Shown: positions 18,564 through 27,739 of the stretch, piece by piece
Position numbering within the stretch: position 1 is the first letter of the stretch
Layout of the letters: the number at the start of each line of letters is the position of its first letter
Assembly: GCA_019322375.1 (NCBI GenBank)
Contig: JAHWIP010000035.1
Span: forward strand, 1-62,542
Source: Candidatus Woesearchaeota archaeon
GTDB lineage: Archaea > Nanobdellota > Nanobdellia > Woesearchaeales > SM23-78
Reading direction: 5' to 3'
Length of the DNA: 62,542 nucleotides
Notes under the pieces: generated by a model
What the model saw: the letters and a program-made list of their open reading frames with translations, nothing else
What the model was told of the DNA's origin: nothing
The model's database searches: none
Position numbers and translations under genes: made by a program

Positions 18564-21500
18564 ATGGACACTAACAAATTATTAGAAATAATCTTATTCA
18601 TTTTCTTCTTACCAATCAAGATAATTCTATCTATTTTTACCTCTACTTTCTCCTCTATTTCGTTTTTCTCCTCTATTTCACCCAAAATTAATCACTTCGC
18701 TCATATTTTTTCATTTAAGGGCTGCGCCCTGCCTAGCTCAGCGTGGAAAACTTTGCGAAAGGGCGCAGTCTCTTTTTTATTTTTAATAATCCTGATTCTA
18801 TTGGTAACTTTAACCATAGCAACTCCTCAAATATCAACAGATAAGACAGAGTATGTTTCTGGAGAAAAAGTAATGATTAGTATAAACAATGCAGCAAATG
18901 ATTCTGTTTTAAAAATCATAGTGGATGATAATATTTACAGATTCATAGGAGGGTTAAACCATAAAATGGAATTTATACCAATAACCACAGGAGAACACTT
19001 TGTCAGTCTTGAATATGATACTAATAAGGAAGTGAAAAGTAGTTTTACAGTAAATCCTGCAGCAGAAACTCAAGTTGATAATAATCTAATCCAAACGGAG
19101 AATAATTTAATTGAAGCTGACAACAATCCAATCCAAGCTGATGATAATCTGATACAGCAAACCCACGGTCCAAGCATCACAGAGGCAGAGGTGCAAAAAC
19201 CAACAATTGTTAATCTAAATGAAATGCAAGAAGCAGAAGGTATAAGCATAAGCAAGGATTGGCTTGTAATAAAAAACCATCAACAAGAAGTGGTTGATAA
19301 AGAGCTTGCCTTATATGATTTCAACTTAGGAGTAAGCTATAAAACAATTGATAATGCAACCCACAATCCAGTCGGACCCTATGACACTGAAGTAAAAATT
19401 GATAATCACCCAATAAAAAAGATATTGTTCAGAAATCTTGAGGCAAAAGGAACAGAAAGTATTGAGTTAAGAATAGATGATTTAACAGACAATACAGAAA
19501 AAACTGGACAAGACAGCAAGCAATTCTATGTAATAGACCCAACCAGCCTTAACTTTACCAAAGCCTATGTAACAGTAACTGCTAAAGGAGAGAGCTTAAG
19601 AAAATGTAAAGACTGGAACTACACAACCCAAACCTGCTTTGGAACATGGGAGTATGTAATGGACATAACACCTGGCCAAAATTATACATTTTTGCTCACA
19701 CCAGAAGACCCTGCTTATAATGAGACCAGCCATGATGCAGATGACTGCTATGATGAGTCAGCAACAGCAGCATGTTCAGGAGCTCAGGTAACAGCAATAA
19801 GTGCTGATGGAGGAACAACTTATCAATTTGATAAAAGTATAGGAGAACCTATAAGAGTAAGCTTCTCAAATGAGTCATCAACCATAGATACCATAGTAGA
19901 GTGTACTGTTTATGTGAATGGTTACGACAGTGAAGGAAACAACTGGACTTTGCAACTAGGAAACTGGTCAACAAGCACTTGGGATGATGCAGGAACAGAA
20001 CAAACCGCACCAAGCCCTGAAGGCACCATAAGCTGGGATTGTACTAATCATTTTGGAACAAGCAATGATGATGCATTGTTTGACGACTTTGCTGTGAGAA
20101 TAAGTACAAATGACAGAGGAAGACCAGCAACTGCTTATATTGATCATGTATATGTCGTAATAAATTTTTCAATACCAGACACCCAAGCCCCTTATTACTC
20201 AGGCATTGTAGCTAGTCCATCAAGCCCAGCAACCTACAGCCCAACAGGAAGTTACCAGTTCAACACAACATGGCAAGACAATGAAGAAGTAAACACCACA
20301 TGGATAGAACACAACTTCACAGGAACAAGGTGGAACTACACCACAACAGGAAACAGCGGAAACATATATTATTACAACTATGGAAACATAGCAGCGGGTA
20401 GCTATGCATGGAAAATGCACGCAAACGACACAGCAGGAAACACCAACAGCAGCATGCCATGGCAAACATATATAGTAAACAAATCCAGCAGTGAAGTAAA
20501 CCTACTACTAAATGGAACTGATAATAACTTTACTATCAATAACTCTGGCAGTGTTAACATCACAGGAATGCTTATAACAGGACAAGGAAACATAACCATT
20601 TATGAACAAGGCATTCAGATTGCTTATGGCCCAAGCCCTCAAACAAGCATAAGAAGTTATAGCACACCAGGATATTACAACATAACTTTAGTGTATCAGG
20701 CAACCCAGAACTACACAACCAATAGAGAAACACATTTTGTAATAATACAAGATACAATACCCCCAGGCCCTGTTACTAATCTTAATGAGACTAAAACAAA
20801 CGAGACATGGATTCTCTGGAACTGGAGCAACCCTGGTGATGCTGACTTTGACCATGTAGAGATCTGGATTAATGGAACCTTTGAAACTAACACAACAGCT
20901 GAGTACTACAATAAGAGTGGTTTGTTTTCAGATAAAAGCTATGAAATACAAATAAGAAGTGTGGATAACTGGACAACACCTAACAAAGGATATTTTGTGA
21001 ATGACACAGCAACAACTCAGTCAAGCATAGATATTACACCGCCAATAATAACCAATATACAGAACACAAGCATAACAGATAGCTCAGCAACAATAACATG
21101 GGATACTGATGAGATAGCAACAAGTGTTGTGAAATACGGGACAAACCCAGGCAGCTATATCCATAACATAACCAATATTAGTTTGACCACAAATCACTTA
21201 GTCGTATTAACAGGATTAGACCCTAGCACAACTTATTACTATGTTGTTAATAGCAGTGATGCAGCAGGTAATAGTAATCAGAGTACAGAATATAACTTTA
21301 CAACCCAAGCTGACCAGACACCCCCTTACTACGACAATATCACTGCAAGTCCTTCAAGCCCAGCAACCTACAGCCCAAGCGGAACTTACCAGTTCAACAC
21401 CACATGGCAGGACAATGAAGCAGTAAACACCACATGGATAGAACACAACTTCACAGGAACAAGGTGGAACTACACCACAACAGGAAACAGCGGAGATATA

Positions 21501-23885
21501 CATTATTATGATTATGGACCAATAGGGGCAGGAAATTATGCATGGAAAATGCACTCAAACGACACCGCAGGAAATATAAATAGCACCATGCCATGGCAAA
21601 ACTACAAAATAAACAAAAGCAACAGCCAAGTAAACCTACTACTAAACGGAACAGATGGAAACTATAGTATTAATGAAAGCCAGAGTGTTAATATAACTGG
21701 GATAATTGTAACAGGACAAGGAAACTTAAGCTTATATCAAAATGGAACTCTTATTAGCCAAGGACCAAGTCCTTTAACAAACACAACTACTTATTATGCA
21801 CCTGGCACTTGGAATCTAAGTGCGGTATATGAAGCAACTCAGAACTATACAAGCAGCAGAGAAACACATTTCATAACAGTAAATGATACAAGAGCACCAT
21901 GGGTAACTCTTATAGACCCTCCAAATGAAGGTATTGATTATGATGGAGACGTAATATTCAAGTTCAATGTGAATGATACAGGTGCTGTTCAGAACTGTTC
22001 CTTATACATCAATGATACATATAACCAGGAAAAAGAAATCTTAACTAAAGGCGAGAACACTTTTACTGTTAATAATCTTGGAAACGGCAACTACACTTGG
22101 TATGTTAATTGCACTGATTATTTGAATAATACAAATATAAGTGTAACATGGAACTTTACAATAGAAATCAATGAGTACTTTCCAACCCTAACGCCTGTTA
22201 GTTGTTCAGATGATAGTGGAGGATGCACTGCAAGTAATCTGAACAACACACCAGAGACATGGGAAGAACATGGCACTCTAGAAAAAGGAAGTGGGCAAAG
22301 CAATTATGTGTATGTAAACCTTAGCCAGGCAAGCATACCGTTAGGAAGCACCATCCACTGGATGTATATTTTTTATGATAAATATCAGGAAACAACAGAG
22401 GGTTTTCTAAGACTTATGTGGAGGAATGGAAGCACAAATAATGTAACCATATGCAATGTTAATTTTGCAAATGCAACTCTTTATGCTCATGATTCTGTAA
22501 ATTGTAGCTTTACAAATGACACAATGCCAAGTTTAAGCCAATTAAACAATGGTCTTGAAATAATAGTTGAATTCTATTATTCAGGAAGTGCCTCAGGAAA
22601 AGATTATGGAACAGATGAAACATACATTAACCTGAAATATACAAAGGACGTGACTCCGCCAACAATAGAGCTAGTAGGGCCAAGCACTTATCACAGACCA
22701 GGAGAGGTTAACTTTACATATATCCCAACAGATAAAAATTTAGTTAACTGCACATTATATGGAGACTTTAATGGAACATGGGGACCAAATGAAACAGACA
22801 ATGCCGTGGTGTCAGGAGAAAAAGAAAACTTTCTCATAAACCTCACCGAAGGATTCTATACATGGAACGTGCACTGCTATGATATAGCTAATAATTCTGC
22901 ATTTGATGAAATAGGAGGGCCTTATAATGATGGAAACTATACTGTGAATATAACTAATCCAGACTTAATAGTAAGCCAGATAGAATTTAATGTCACTAAC
23001 AGTGAAGCAAAAGAAGGAATGAACATAACCATAAACGCAACCATTCTAAACCAAGGAAATGTTAATGTTACAGAAACCTTTAAAGTGCAGTTTTTTCTAG
23101 GAGACCCTGACAGCGGAGGCACTCAAATTAATGGCAACCAAACAATCATAGGGCTTAAGGTTAGTGAAAGCAAAACAGTAAATGTAACCTGGATTATAGA
23201 TAGTGGGGGGCCTAAAAATATATATGTAATAGTAGACCCTCCTCTTGCAACAAATGGAAGTGTTAAAGAAACAAGAGAGGATAATAACAAGAATAACAAG
23301 ACTCTGCATGTTCCTGCATACAACTACTTTTATGGAAAGGTGGAGGGTAATATTTACCTTGCCAGTTTTGAGGACTACTCATTCTACTACTACCTCAACA
23401 TTAGCAATACATCAGGAAACATCCTTGTTACCGACGAGGAAAGCAGCATAAGCTTTGGTTCGCTTCAAGCCATAGGAAGGGATACAAGCAACAACCCCGC
23501 CCCCAATGATTTTAATGATACAGACCAGGCCTTGAACATGACAAGCTATAATGATTCAATAAGATGGGTATACACCTCAGACACAGACACTCCAATAGCA
23601 ACCACAAGCATGACTCTTTACACCATGACAATCAACAACATCCCTATAATCAACAGCACCAATACAACCAACTTCCAGACAGGCATAATCTGGGATAAGA
23701 GTGATGGAAACACAGAGTACAACGGAACCCAGGACTTATTGTTTGTAACAGAAATCAGCAAGGGAAAACAAGGAGCTTATGGAATATATGATTACGAGAT
23801 AAGAGTGCCAGCAAACCTAAAAAATTATATAGCAACAGGGAGCGATGTAGTCTTTTACTGGGAGATTACAGAAATTATTGGTTAA
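18564..23885 (+). CDS. 1773-aa giant secreted adhesin (shared N-terminal head, duplicated Ig modules, two FN3 domains, CARDB-like domain, family-A C-terminal module)
   Basis: FN3-like 'ITWDTDEIATSVVKYG...LDPSTTYYY'. CARDB-like 'PDLIVSQIEF...VIVDPPLATNGSVKETREDNN'. Ends 'YDYEIRVPA...VVFYWEI'. The first ~60 codons are low-complexity; an in-frame TTG at 18753 would give a clean signal peptide 'RKGAVSFLFLIILILLVTLTIA', so the true start is uncertain. Confidence 0.85.
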   Translation: MDTNKLLEIILFIFFLPIKIILSIFTSTFSSISFFSSISPKINHFAHIFSFKGCALPSSAWKTLRKGAVSFLFLIILILLVTLTIATPQISTDKTEYVSGEKVMISINNAANDSVLKIIVDDNIYRFIGGLNHKMEFIPITTGEHFVSLEYDTNKEVKSSFTVNPAAETQVDNNLIQTENNLIEADNNPIQADDNLIQQTHGPSITEAEVQKPTIVNLNEMQEAEGISISKDWLVIKNHQQEVVDKELALYDFNLGVSYKTIDNATHNPVGPYDTEVKIDNHPIKKILFRNLEAKGTESIELRIDDLTDNTEKTGQDSKQFYVIDPTSLNFTKAYVTVTAKGESLRKCKDWNYTTQTCFGTWEYVMDITPGQNYTFLLTPEDPAYNETSHDADDCYDESATAACSGAQVTAISADGGTTYQFDKSIGEPIRVSFSNESSTIDTIVECTVYVNGYDSEGNNWTLQLGNWSTSTWDDAGTEQTAPSPEGTISWDCTNHFGTSNDDALFDDFAVRISTNDRGRPATAYIDHVYVVINFSIPDTQAPYYSGIVASPSSPATYSPTGSYQFNTTWQDNEEVNTTWIEHNFTGTRWNYTTTGNSGNIYYYNYGNIAAGSYAWKMHANDTAGNTNSSMPWQTYIVNKSSSEVNLLLNGTDNNFTINNSGSVNITGMLITGQGNITIYEQGIQIAYGPSPQTSIRSYSTPGYYNITLVYQATQNYTTNRETHFVIIQDTIPPGPVTNLNETKTNETWILWNWSNPGDADFDHVEIWINGTFETNTTAEYYNKSGLFSDKSYEIQIRSVDNWTTPNKGYFVNDTATTQSSIDITPPIITNIQNTSITDSSATITWDTDEIATSVVKYGTNPGSYIHNITNISLTTNHLVVLTGLDPSTTYYYVVNSSDAAGNSNQSTEYNFTTQADQTPPYYDNITASPSSPATYSPSGTYQFNTTWQDNEAVNTTWIEHNFTGTRWNYTTTGNSGDIHYYDYGPIGAGNYAWKMHSNDTAGNINSTMPWQNYKINKSNSQVNLLLNGTDGNYSINESQSVNITGIIVTGQGNLSLYQNGTLISQGPSPLTNTTTYYAPGTWNLSAVYEATQNYTSSRETHFITVNDTRAPWVTLIDPPNEGIDYDGDVIFKFNVNDTGAVQNCSLYINDTYNQEKEILTKGENTFTVNNLGNGNYTWYVNCTDYLNNTNISVTWNFTIEINEYFPTLTPVSCSDDSGGCTASNLNNTPETWEEHGTLEKGSGQSNYVYVNLSQASIPLGSTIHWMYIFYDKYQETTEGFLRLMWRNGSTNNVTICNVNFANATLYAHDSVNCSFTNDTMPSLSQLNNGLEIIVEFYYSGSASGKDYGTDETYINLKYTKDVTPPTIELVGPSTYHRPGEVNFTYIPTDKNLVNCTLYGDFNGTWGPNETDNAVVSGEKENFLINLTEGFYTWNVHCYDIANNSAFDEIGGPYNDGNYTVNITNPDLIVSQIEFNVTNSEAKEGMNITINATILNQGNVNVTETFKVQFFLGDPDSGGTQINGNQTIIGLKVSESKTVNVTWIIDSGGPKNIYVIVDPPLATNGSVKETREDNNKNNKTLHVPAYNYFYGKVEGNIYLASFEDYSFYYYLNISNTSGNILVTDEESSISFGSLQAIGRDTSNNPAPNDFNDTDQALNMTSYNDSIRWVYTSDTDTPIATTSMTLYTMTINNIPIINSTNTTNFQTGIIWDKSDGNTEYNGTQDLLFVTEISKGKQGAYGIYDYEIRVPANLKNYIATGSDVVFYWEITEIIG
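20184..20760 (+). repeat. First copy of a ~190-aa module duplicated within the 1773-aa gene
   Basis: 'YYSGIVASPSSPATYSPTGSYQFNTTWQDNEEVNTTWIEHNFTGTRWNYTTTGNSG...' recurs 1134 nt downstream. A 72-nt run is identical (20289-20360 = 21423-21494). Confidence 0.9.
21318..21894 (+). repeat. Second copy of the ~190-aa duplicated module
   Basis: See 20184-20760. The two copies are separated by two FN3-like domains. Confidence 0.9.
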
Positions 23886-23955
23886 GCCAGAAAACATAAA
23901 TTTTAAATACTAATAAGAACCAAGAAAAAATAGGAGACAGAAAAAGGAAAAAGAG

Positions 23956-24957
23956 GTGGGTGATATTATAAGGAAGAAAAAGAGCAAAGTAAAGGATTTC
24001 TTTAAACATAGCAAAAAAATGGTGCAAGCACCAAAAGAATTACCAGAGATAGGAGTAAAGACATCACAAACTCATCTTGTGCCTCCAAAACAACAAGAGA
24101 TGACACAAACACCTCAAAAAAGTATAGAACCAGAACCCCCATCCCCCCAAGAAAAACCCAAAAAAGAACTTAAGCTGCCACAGATAGAACCTTCTGCATT
24201 ACAAGAAAAAAGCCAAGCAGCTTTGCCAAAAGATGTGAGCATTCATGAGGATGACCTAAAACAATTTGAAGAAGCAATTAATAACATAAACATAGACATG
24301 GTACACACAGATGCACCAGCTCTGCACAGTCCTAGCACTGAAAAGGAAGCAGATTATTACAAACCTTCAGAAATGGGCGAAGGCTATTTCTCAGAAATAG
24401 AGCACTACGTAAAAAACAAGAATGTAAAAGAAATAATAGATGATATACTCAAAAAGGATTTTTTAACCAGCATGAAAGACTATCATGATACAAAAGCCCA
24501 GGGAAAACCTTTTTACCTGCACGAACATGACCTAAAACACAAACTCAAGAAAAAGATGAATCATCTTAGAAAGCTAGAAGAAGAATGGCATAACCTAAAG
24601 ATGCAAATAGAGGACAAAGAAAGAAAAAAGAAAGAAGCAGAAAAAGGAATAGACCATGAAAGCCAGGAACTAAAAGAACTGTTCAGGCAGGTAAAGATAA
24701 ATCATTTGCTTGAGCAACAAGCACCAAAAGAACATTATTTCAAGCTTAAAAACGGGCAAGAGCTTAAGAGTCTTAATGACCTGAGAAAAGCCCTGGAATA
24801 TATATCAGACGATGAGTTCAACCACCACATGAATCCAGAGAAAAACGACTTTGCATCCTGGGTCAAAGAAGCCCTTCAGAACCAGGAGTTATACGAAAAA
24901 ATAAAAGATGCAAAGAATAAGGAAGAGCTGCAAGAAGCACTACAGAATCCTTTTTAG
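23956..24957 (+). CDS. Cytoplasmic P/Q/E-rich and coiled-coil protein ending in the same ~55-aa module that heads the KaiC-like ATPase
   Basis: C-terminus 'YFKLKNGQELKSLNDLRKALEYISDDEFNHHMNPEKNDFASWV' aligns with residues ~17-60 of ORF 2127-3191. No signal peptide. The start (GTG 23956 or ATG 24019) is uncertain. Confidence 0.65.
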   Translation: MGDIIRKKKSKVKDFFKHSKKMVQAPKELPEIGVKTSQTHLVPPKQQEMTQTPQKSIEPEPPSPQEKPKKELKLPQIEPSALQEKSQAALPKDVSIHEDDLKQFEEAINNINIDMVHTDAPALHSPSTEKEADYYKPSEMGEGYFSEIEHYVKNKNVKEIIDDILKKDFLTSMKDYHDTKAQGKPFYLHEHDLKHKLKKKMNHLRKLEEEWHNLKMQIEDKERKKKEAEKGIDHESQELKELFRQVKINHLLEQQAPKEHYFKLKNGQELKSLNDLRKALEYISDDEFNHHMNPEKNDFASWVKEALQNQELYEKIKDAKNKEELQEALQNPF

Positions 24958-24992
24958 AAATATAAATAATCTAAGATAAAAAAGAAGTTTCT

Positions 24993-25754
24993 TTAATTGC
25001 TTATCTCTGCATAAAAGTAATAAGTAGTCCCTGGGCCTGTGGAATTCTCAGCAACAATCAACTGGAAGTCATAAGTAACATTGGTGCCAGAAGCATTATT
25101 ATCAAAACCCCATGCATCCTGGTCAATAAAAGTATGGTAGATTAAGTTTGTGTTATCATACAGCAGAATCTCTTGGAAATAAGCAGACTCGCTTATGGTT
25201 TGAGCACTGCCATTCACATAAGTGGCTGTGCTAGGGCAAGTGCCATTAGCAATAGTACCAATCGATGTGGAAGTATTGATTTCTTTGTGAATAGTATAAT
25301 TAAAAGTATTATTAATATTATCTGAGGCCCCACTGCTCATTCCAAAAAAAGTATTTTCAGAAGTAAGAATAGTATCATTAGCACACTTAAGATTATCCCA
25401 AGCAACACTATCATTCCTGCTAGCATAAATATTGCCTGTAAAACCAGAACTATTTATAACCCACTCATAAATGCTCCAGCCGTCTGAATCCCTTAAAACA
25501 AGAGCACCAGTAATGTTTCCTACATAAGCTTTCCAAGCATTATTTTGTTGAGTAACATCAAGAGTGACTGTGGTTATTGTCCCTCCATCATCAGCCCTGC
25601 CTTCAGGAGTAACACTATATGTCTCTGTACTTAGATTAGTGACATCAGCACCCTGCGGGTCTGCACTGCTAAAATTAGCAATCATAAAAATAAGGTAAAT
25701 AGCTAAACCTAATATAAGAAAAGGATACTTTAGCTTATTACTAACTTTCTTCAC
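24993..25754 (-). CDS. Family-A small secreted protein A1 (subtype 'AWKAYVGN.TG')
   Basis: Signal peptide ending 'FSSA|DPQGA'. C-terminus 'YDFQLIVAEN...TTYYFYAEISN'. A GTG at 25754 sits 3 nt after SD 'GAGGTGAT', so the ORF-track ATG at 25772 is probably upstream of the real start. Confidence 0.8.
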   Translation of the reverse strand: MKKVSNKLKYPFLILGLAIYLIFMIANFSSADPQGADVTNLSTETYSVTPEGRADDGGTITTVTLDVTQQNNAWKAYVGNITGALVLRDSDGWSIYEWVINSSGFTGNIYASRNDSVAWDNLKCANDTILTSENTFFGMSSGASDNINNTFNYTIHKEINTSTSIGTIANGTCPSTATYVNGSAQTISESAYFQEILLYDNTNLIYHTFIDQDAWGFDNNASGTNVTYDFQLIVAENSTGPGTTYYFYAEISN

Positions 25755-25795
25755 TGCATCACCTCGTTGCAAGCATCATAAAAATATAAATAAAA

Positions 25796-25815
25796 AACAG
25801 GGCAAAAACCCTGTT
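25796..25815 (-). terminator. Hairpin plus T-run after A2
   Basis: The minus strand reads GAACAGGGTTTTTGCCCTGTTTTTT (7-bp stem, then T6). The A1 TATA-like region follows immediately. Confidence 0.45.
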
Positions 25816-25827
25816 CTTTTTCTCTGT

Positions 25828-26610
25828 TTATTCTATCTCTGCCCAAAAAAAGTATGTTGTTGTTGTGTCTTCAAAACCGTCCTGACCATTCTCTGCTACT
25901 AATAACTGGAAGTCATGGGTTTCGTTGTCAAAACCTATGATATCAGTGTTGTTGTTATCATCATTGTTCTCTATGATTGTTGTGAAAAGAAGGATGTCCT
26001 GGTCGGTTAGCAAGATATTCTCAAAGTTATCACTCACTTGCTGTAAGCCATACTGGTAAGTATTCGTGGCCACACAAGTACCTGTGGATGATATGTTTAC
26101 TGTGCCTACAAAAAAGTTCTTGTCCAAACTGCCTGTAAAGGTTTCATTAATGCCATCCTCGTCATCATCCTCAATACCAAACCAGCCTTCTGCTGCATCA
26201 ACATCAAAATTACCATTACTACCATCATGATGAAAACACCTGATACCAGTCCAGTTCACACTATTATTTATAGAGGCATAGATCTCTCCTTTTGGTTCAT
26301 TCGTAGTCCAGTTGTAAAACACATAACCATAAACATCCTCTAATGTTAAGATACCTGAGATCTCTCCATAGTAGCCCTGCCATGCCTTGGTTGTGGCTAT
26401 TGCTGTAAGATTAATCTCTGTTACATTACCTGCTTCTGCGCTTATGTTGGCAGGTTGATAACTAGATAGGTTTGGTCTTGATGAGTCAATATAATCTATA
26501 CTCCTTACTCCATATGGCACATCAGAGTCTGCCCATACAAACACTGTCAGTAGACTAAAAACAGCTAGAAAGCCTAATATAAGTATAGTTGTGCTTATTT
26601 TCTTTTTCAT
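25828..26610 (-). CDS. Family-A small secreted protein A2 (subtype 'W.G.YGE.SG')
   Basis: The ATG at 26610 is preceded by 'GGTGAT' and gives signal peptide 'MKKKISTTILILGFLAVFSLLTVFVWA'. The ORF-track extension to 26703 runs into a TATA box. C-terminus 'HDFQLLVAEN...TTYFFWAEIE'. Confidence 0.8.
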   Translation of the reverse strand: MKKKISTTILILGFLAVFSLLTVFVWADSDVPYGVRSIDYIDSSRPNLSSYQPANISAEAGNVTEINLTAIATTKAWQGYYGEISGILTLEDVYGYVFYNWTTNEPKGEIYASINNSVNWTGIRCFHHDGSNGNFDVDAAEGWFGIEDDDEDGINETFTGSLDKNFFVGTVNISSTGTCVATNTYQYGLQQVSDNFENILLTDQDILLFTTIIENNDDNNNTDIIGFDNETHDFQLLVAENGQDGFEDTTTTYFFWAEIE

Positions 26611-26702
26611 ACTATCACCGTTGCAAGTTTTTTTAGTTTTAAGTGCAAGCTTAAGGTTTTTGGTTAATATAAACCAAATTAATATACTAATAGGTATACC
26701 CA

Positions 26703-26717
26703 TATATAAATGTTTCG
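26703..26717 (-). promoter_or_regulatory. Archaeal BRE/TATA promoter (CGAAACA-TTTATATA) upstream of A2
   Basis: The minus strand reads CGAAACATTTATATA. The same 15-mer occurs at 38141-38155, with one substitution at 30123-30137. Confidence 0.6.
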
Positions 26718-26747
26718 GTTTGGGGGTTTTTTAAAGAAAAAACAAAT

Positions 26748-27686
26748 TTATGGGCTCTCAGCAGCAAAAACTACTGTTCCATTACAAACTCCAAACGGGT
26801 TTGTAGTGAGATTAATATGAAGCCTCCAATAAGTAGAATTAACCATGTAAACACTAGGCTGGGTTTGCTTTTCAACTGTAAGAGCAGGAACAATCACAGG
26901 ACTTCCTGTTACTGATGTCATATCAGCATAAAGTGCAGTAGAGTTAAGACTATACCTCTCATTAGGCAAGGTTAGGTTTCTTTGTTCACAAACCATGGCC
27001 AGACCAGCATATAATACCTCATTTTCTCCTCCAAAACCATAAACACTCACATTAATAGGGACATTGCCAAAATTAGTAACATTAGCCTCAATAAGGTCAG
27101 ACGTGTTTGTTACAGGCAGATTACCAAAATCAATCACATCAGTAACATTCAAGGCTAGCAGAGCAGAGATTGTGGCATTATTATAATCATTATCAGTAGA
27201 GCCATAACTATCATTCACAGTAACATTTGCTTCCCAAGTGCCATTAACAGCATAATACCATACATCAAAGGCACAAGTCCAATTAACATAATATCCACTT
27301 ACAGCCCCTGACTGGTTACAGCTAGTATTAGTATAATGAGAATTATTATTATCAGGATCACTTGATTCATTTGTATAATAATAAAAAGTACCATTTATAA
27401 GATTAACATCTCCTCCTCCATTATAATCACGAATTTCAACCAAACAACTCACAGTGTAAGTGCTTCCTGCAGTCAGGGTGATGGCTGTTCCATTATTACA
27501 AGTAATATTAAGAATTTCAGGGTAAGAGTTAGTAACATTTACTGTTGTGCGCACACTCACATTCTCATAATTACCACTAGGACCCCAGCTAGTCACAGGA
27601 ATGCCTTTAAAAACTAGGAATAAAATTAATAAAAGAAAGCCTGCTAGAAAAATCTTCTTTTTATGACTAATAACTAACGAAGTCAT
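26748..27686 (-). CDS. Family-B secreted two-domain protein B1
   Basis: The ATG at 27686 is preceded by 'GAAGGAGAAG'. After the signal peptide come 'WGPSGNYENVSVRTTVNVT' and 'NVTNFGNVPINVSVYGFGGENEVLYAGLAMVCEQRNLTLPNERYS'. Ends 'CNGTVVFAAESP'. Close paralog of 37111-38049. Confidence 0.8.
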   Translation of the reverse strand: MTSLVISHKKKIFLAGFLLLILFLVFKGIPVTSWGPSGNYENVSVRTTVNVTNSYPEILNITCNNGTAITLTAGSTYTVSCLVEIRDYNGGGDVNLINGTFYYYTNESSDPDNNNSHYTNTSCNQSGAVSGYYVNWTCAFDVWYYAVNGTWEANVTVNDSYGSTDNDYNNATISALLALNVTDVIDFGNLPVTNTSDLIEANVTNFGNVPINVSVYGFGGENEVLYAGLAMVCEQRNLTLPNERYSLNSTALYADMTSVTGSPVIVPALTVEKQTQPSVYMVNSTYWRLHINLTTNPFGVCNGTVVFAAESP

Positions 27687-27739
27687 AACTTCTCCTTCTG
27701 CCAATAATTTGATCATAATAAAAACACCAAAAATTATTT

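Noticed and set aside
18416-18685. 89-aa minus-strand ORF in the kinase/giant divergent region.
   Set aside because: It has no SD or TATA in a sensible position and no recognisable motif. It overlaps the equally doubtful low-complexity 5' extension of the giant ORF. I treat the region as non-coding leader.
18722-18770. tRNA-like 'TAGCTCAG' D-loop-like string within a GC-rich patch, which could suggest a tRNA or a split tRNA half.
   Set aside because: No matching D-stem closure (GAGC), no T-arm (GTTCRANYC) and no acceptor pairing consistent with a cloverleaf. It is better explained as a simple 9-bp inverted repeat.
26611-26703. N-terminal extensions proposed by the ORF track. Examples are A2 to 26703, A1 to 25772, B1 to 27716, nitroreductase to 54524, PIN-ATPase to 61231 and AbrB-PhoU to 14510.
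   Set aside because: The extensions run through BRE/TATA boxes or lack SDs. Internal starts have GGAGGTGAT-like SDs and give proper signal peptides or family-typical N-termini.
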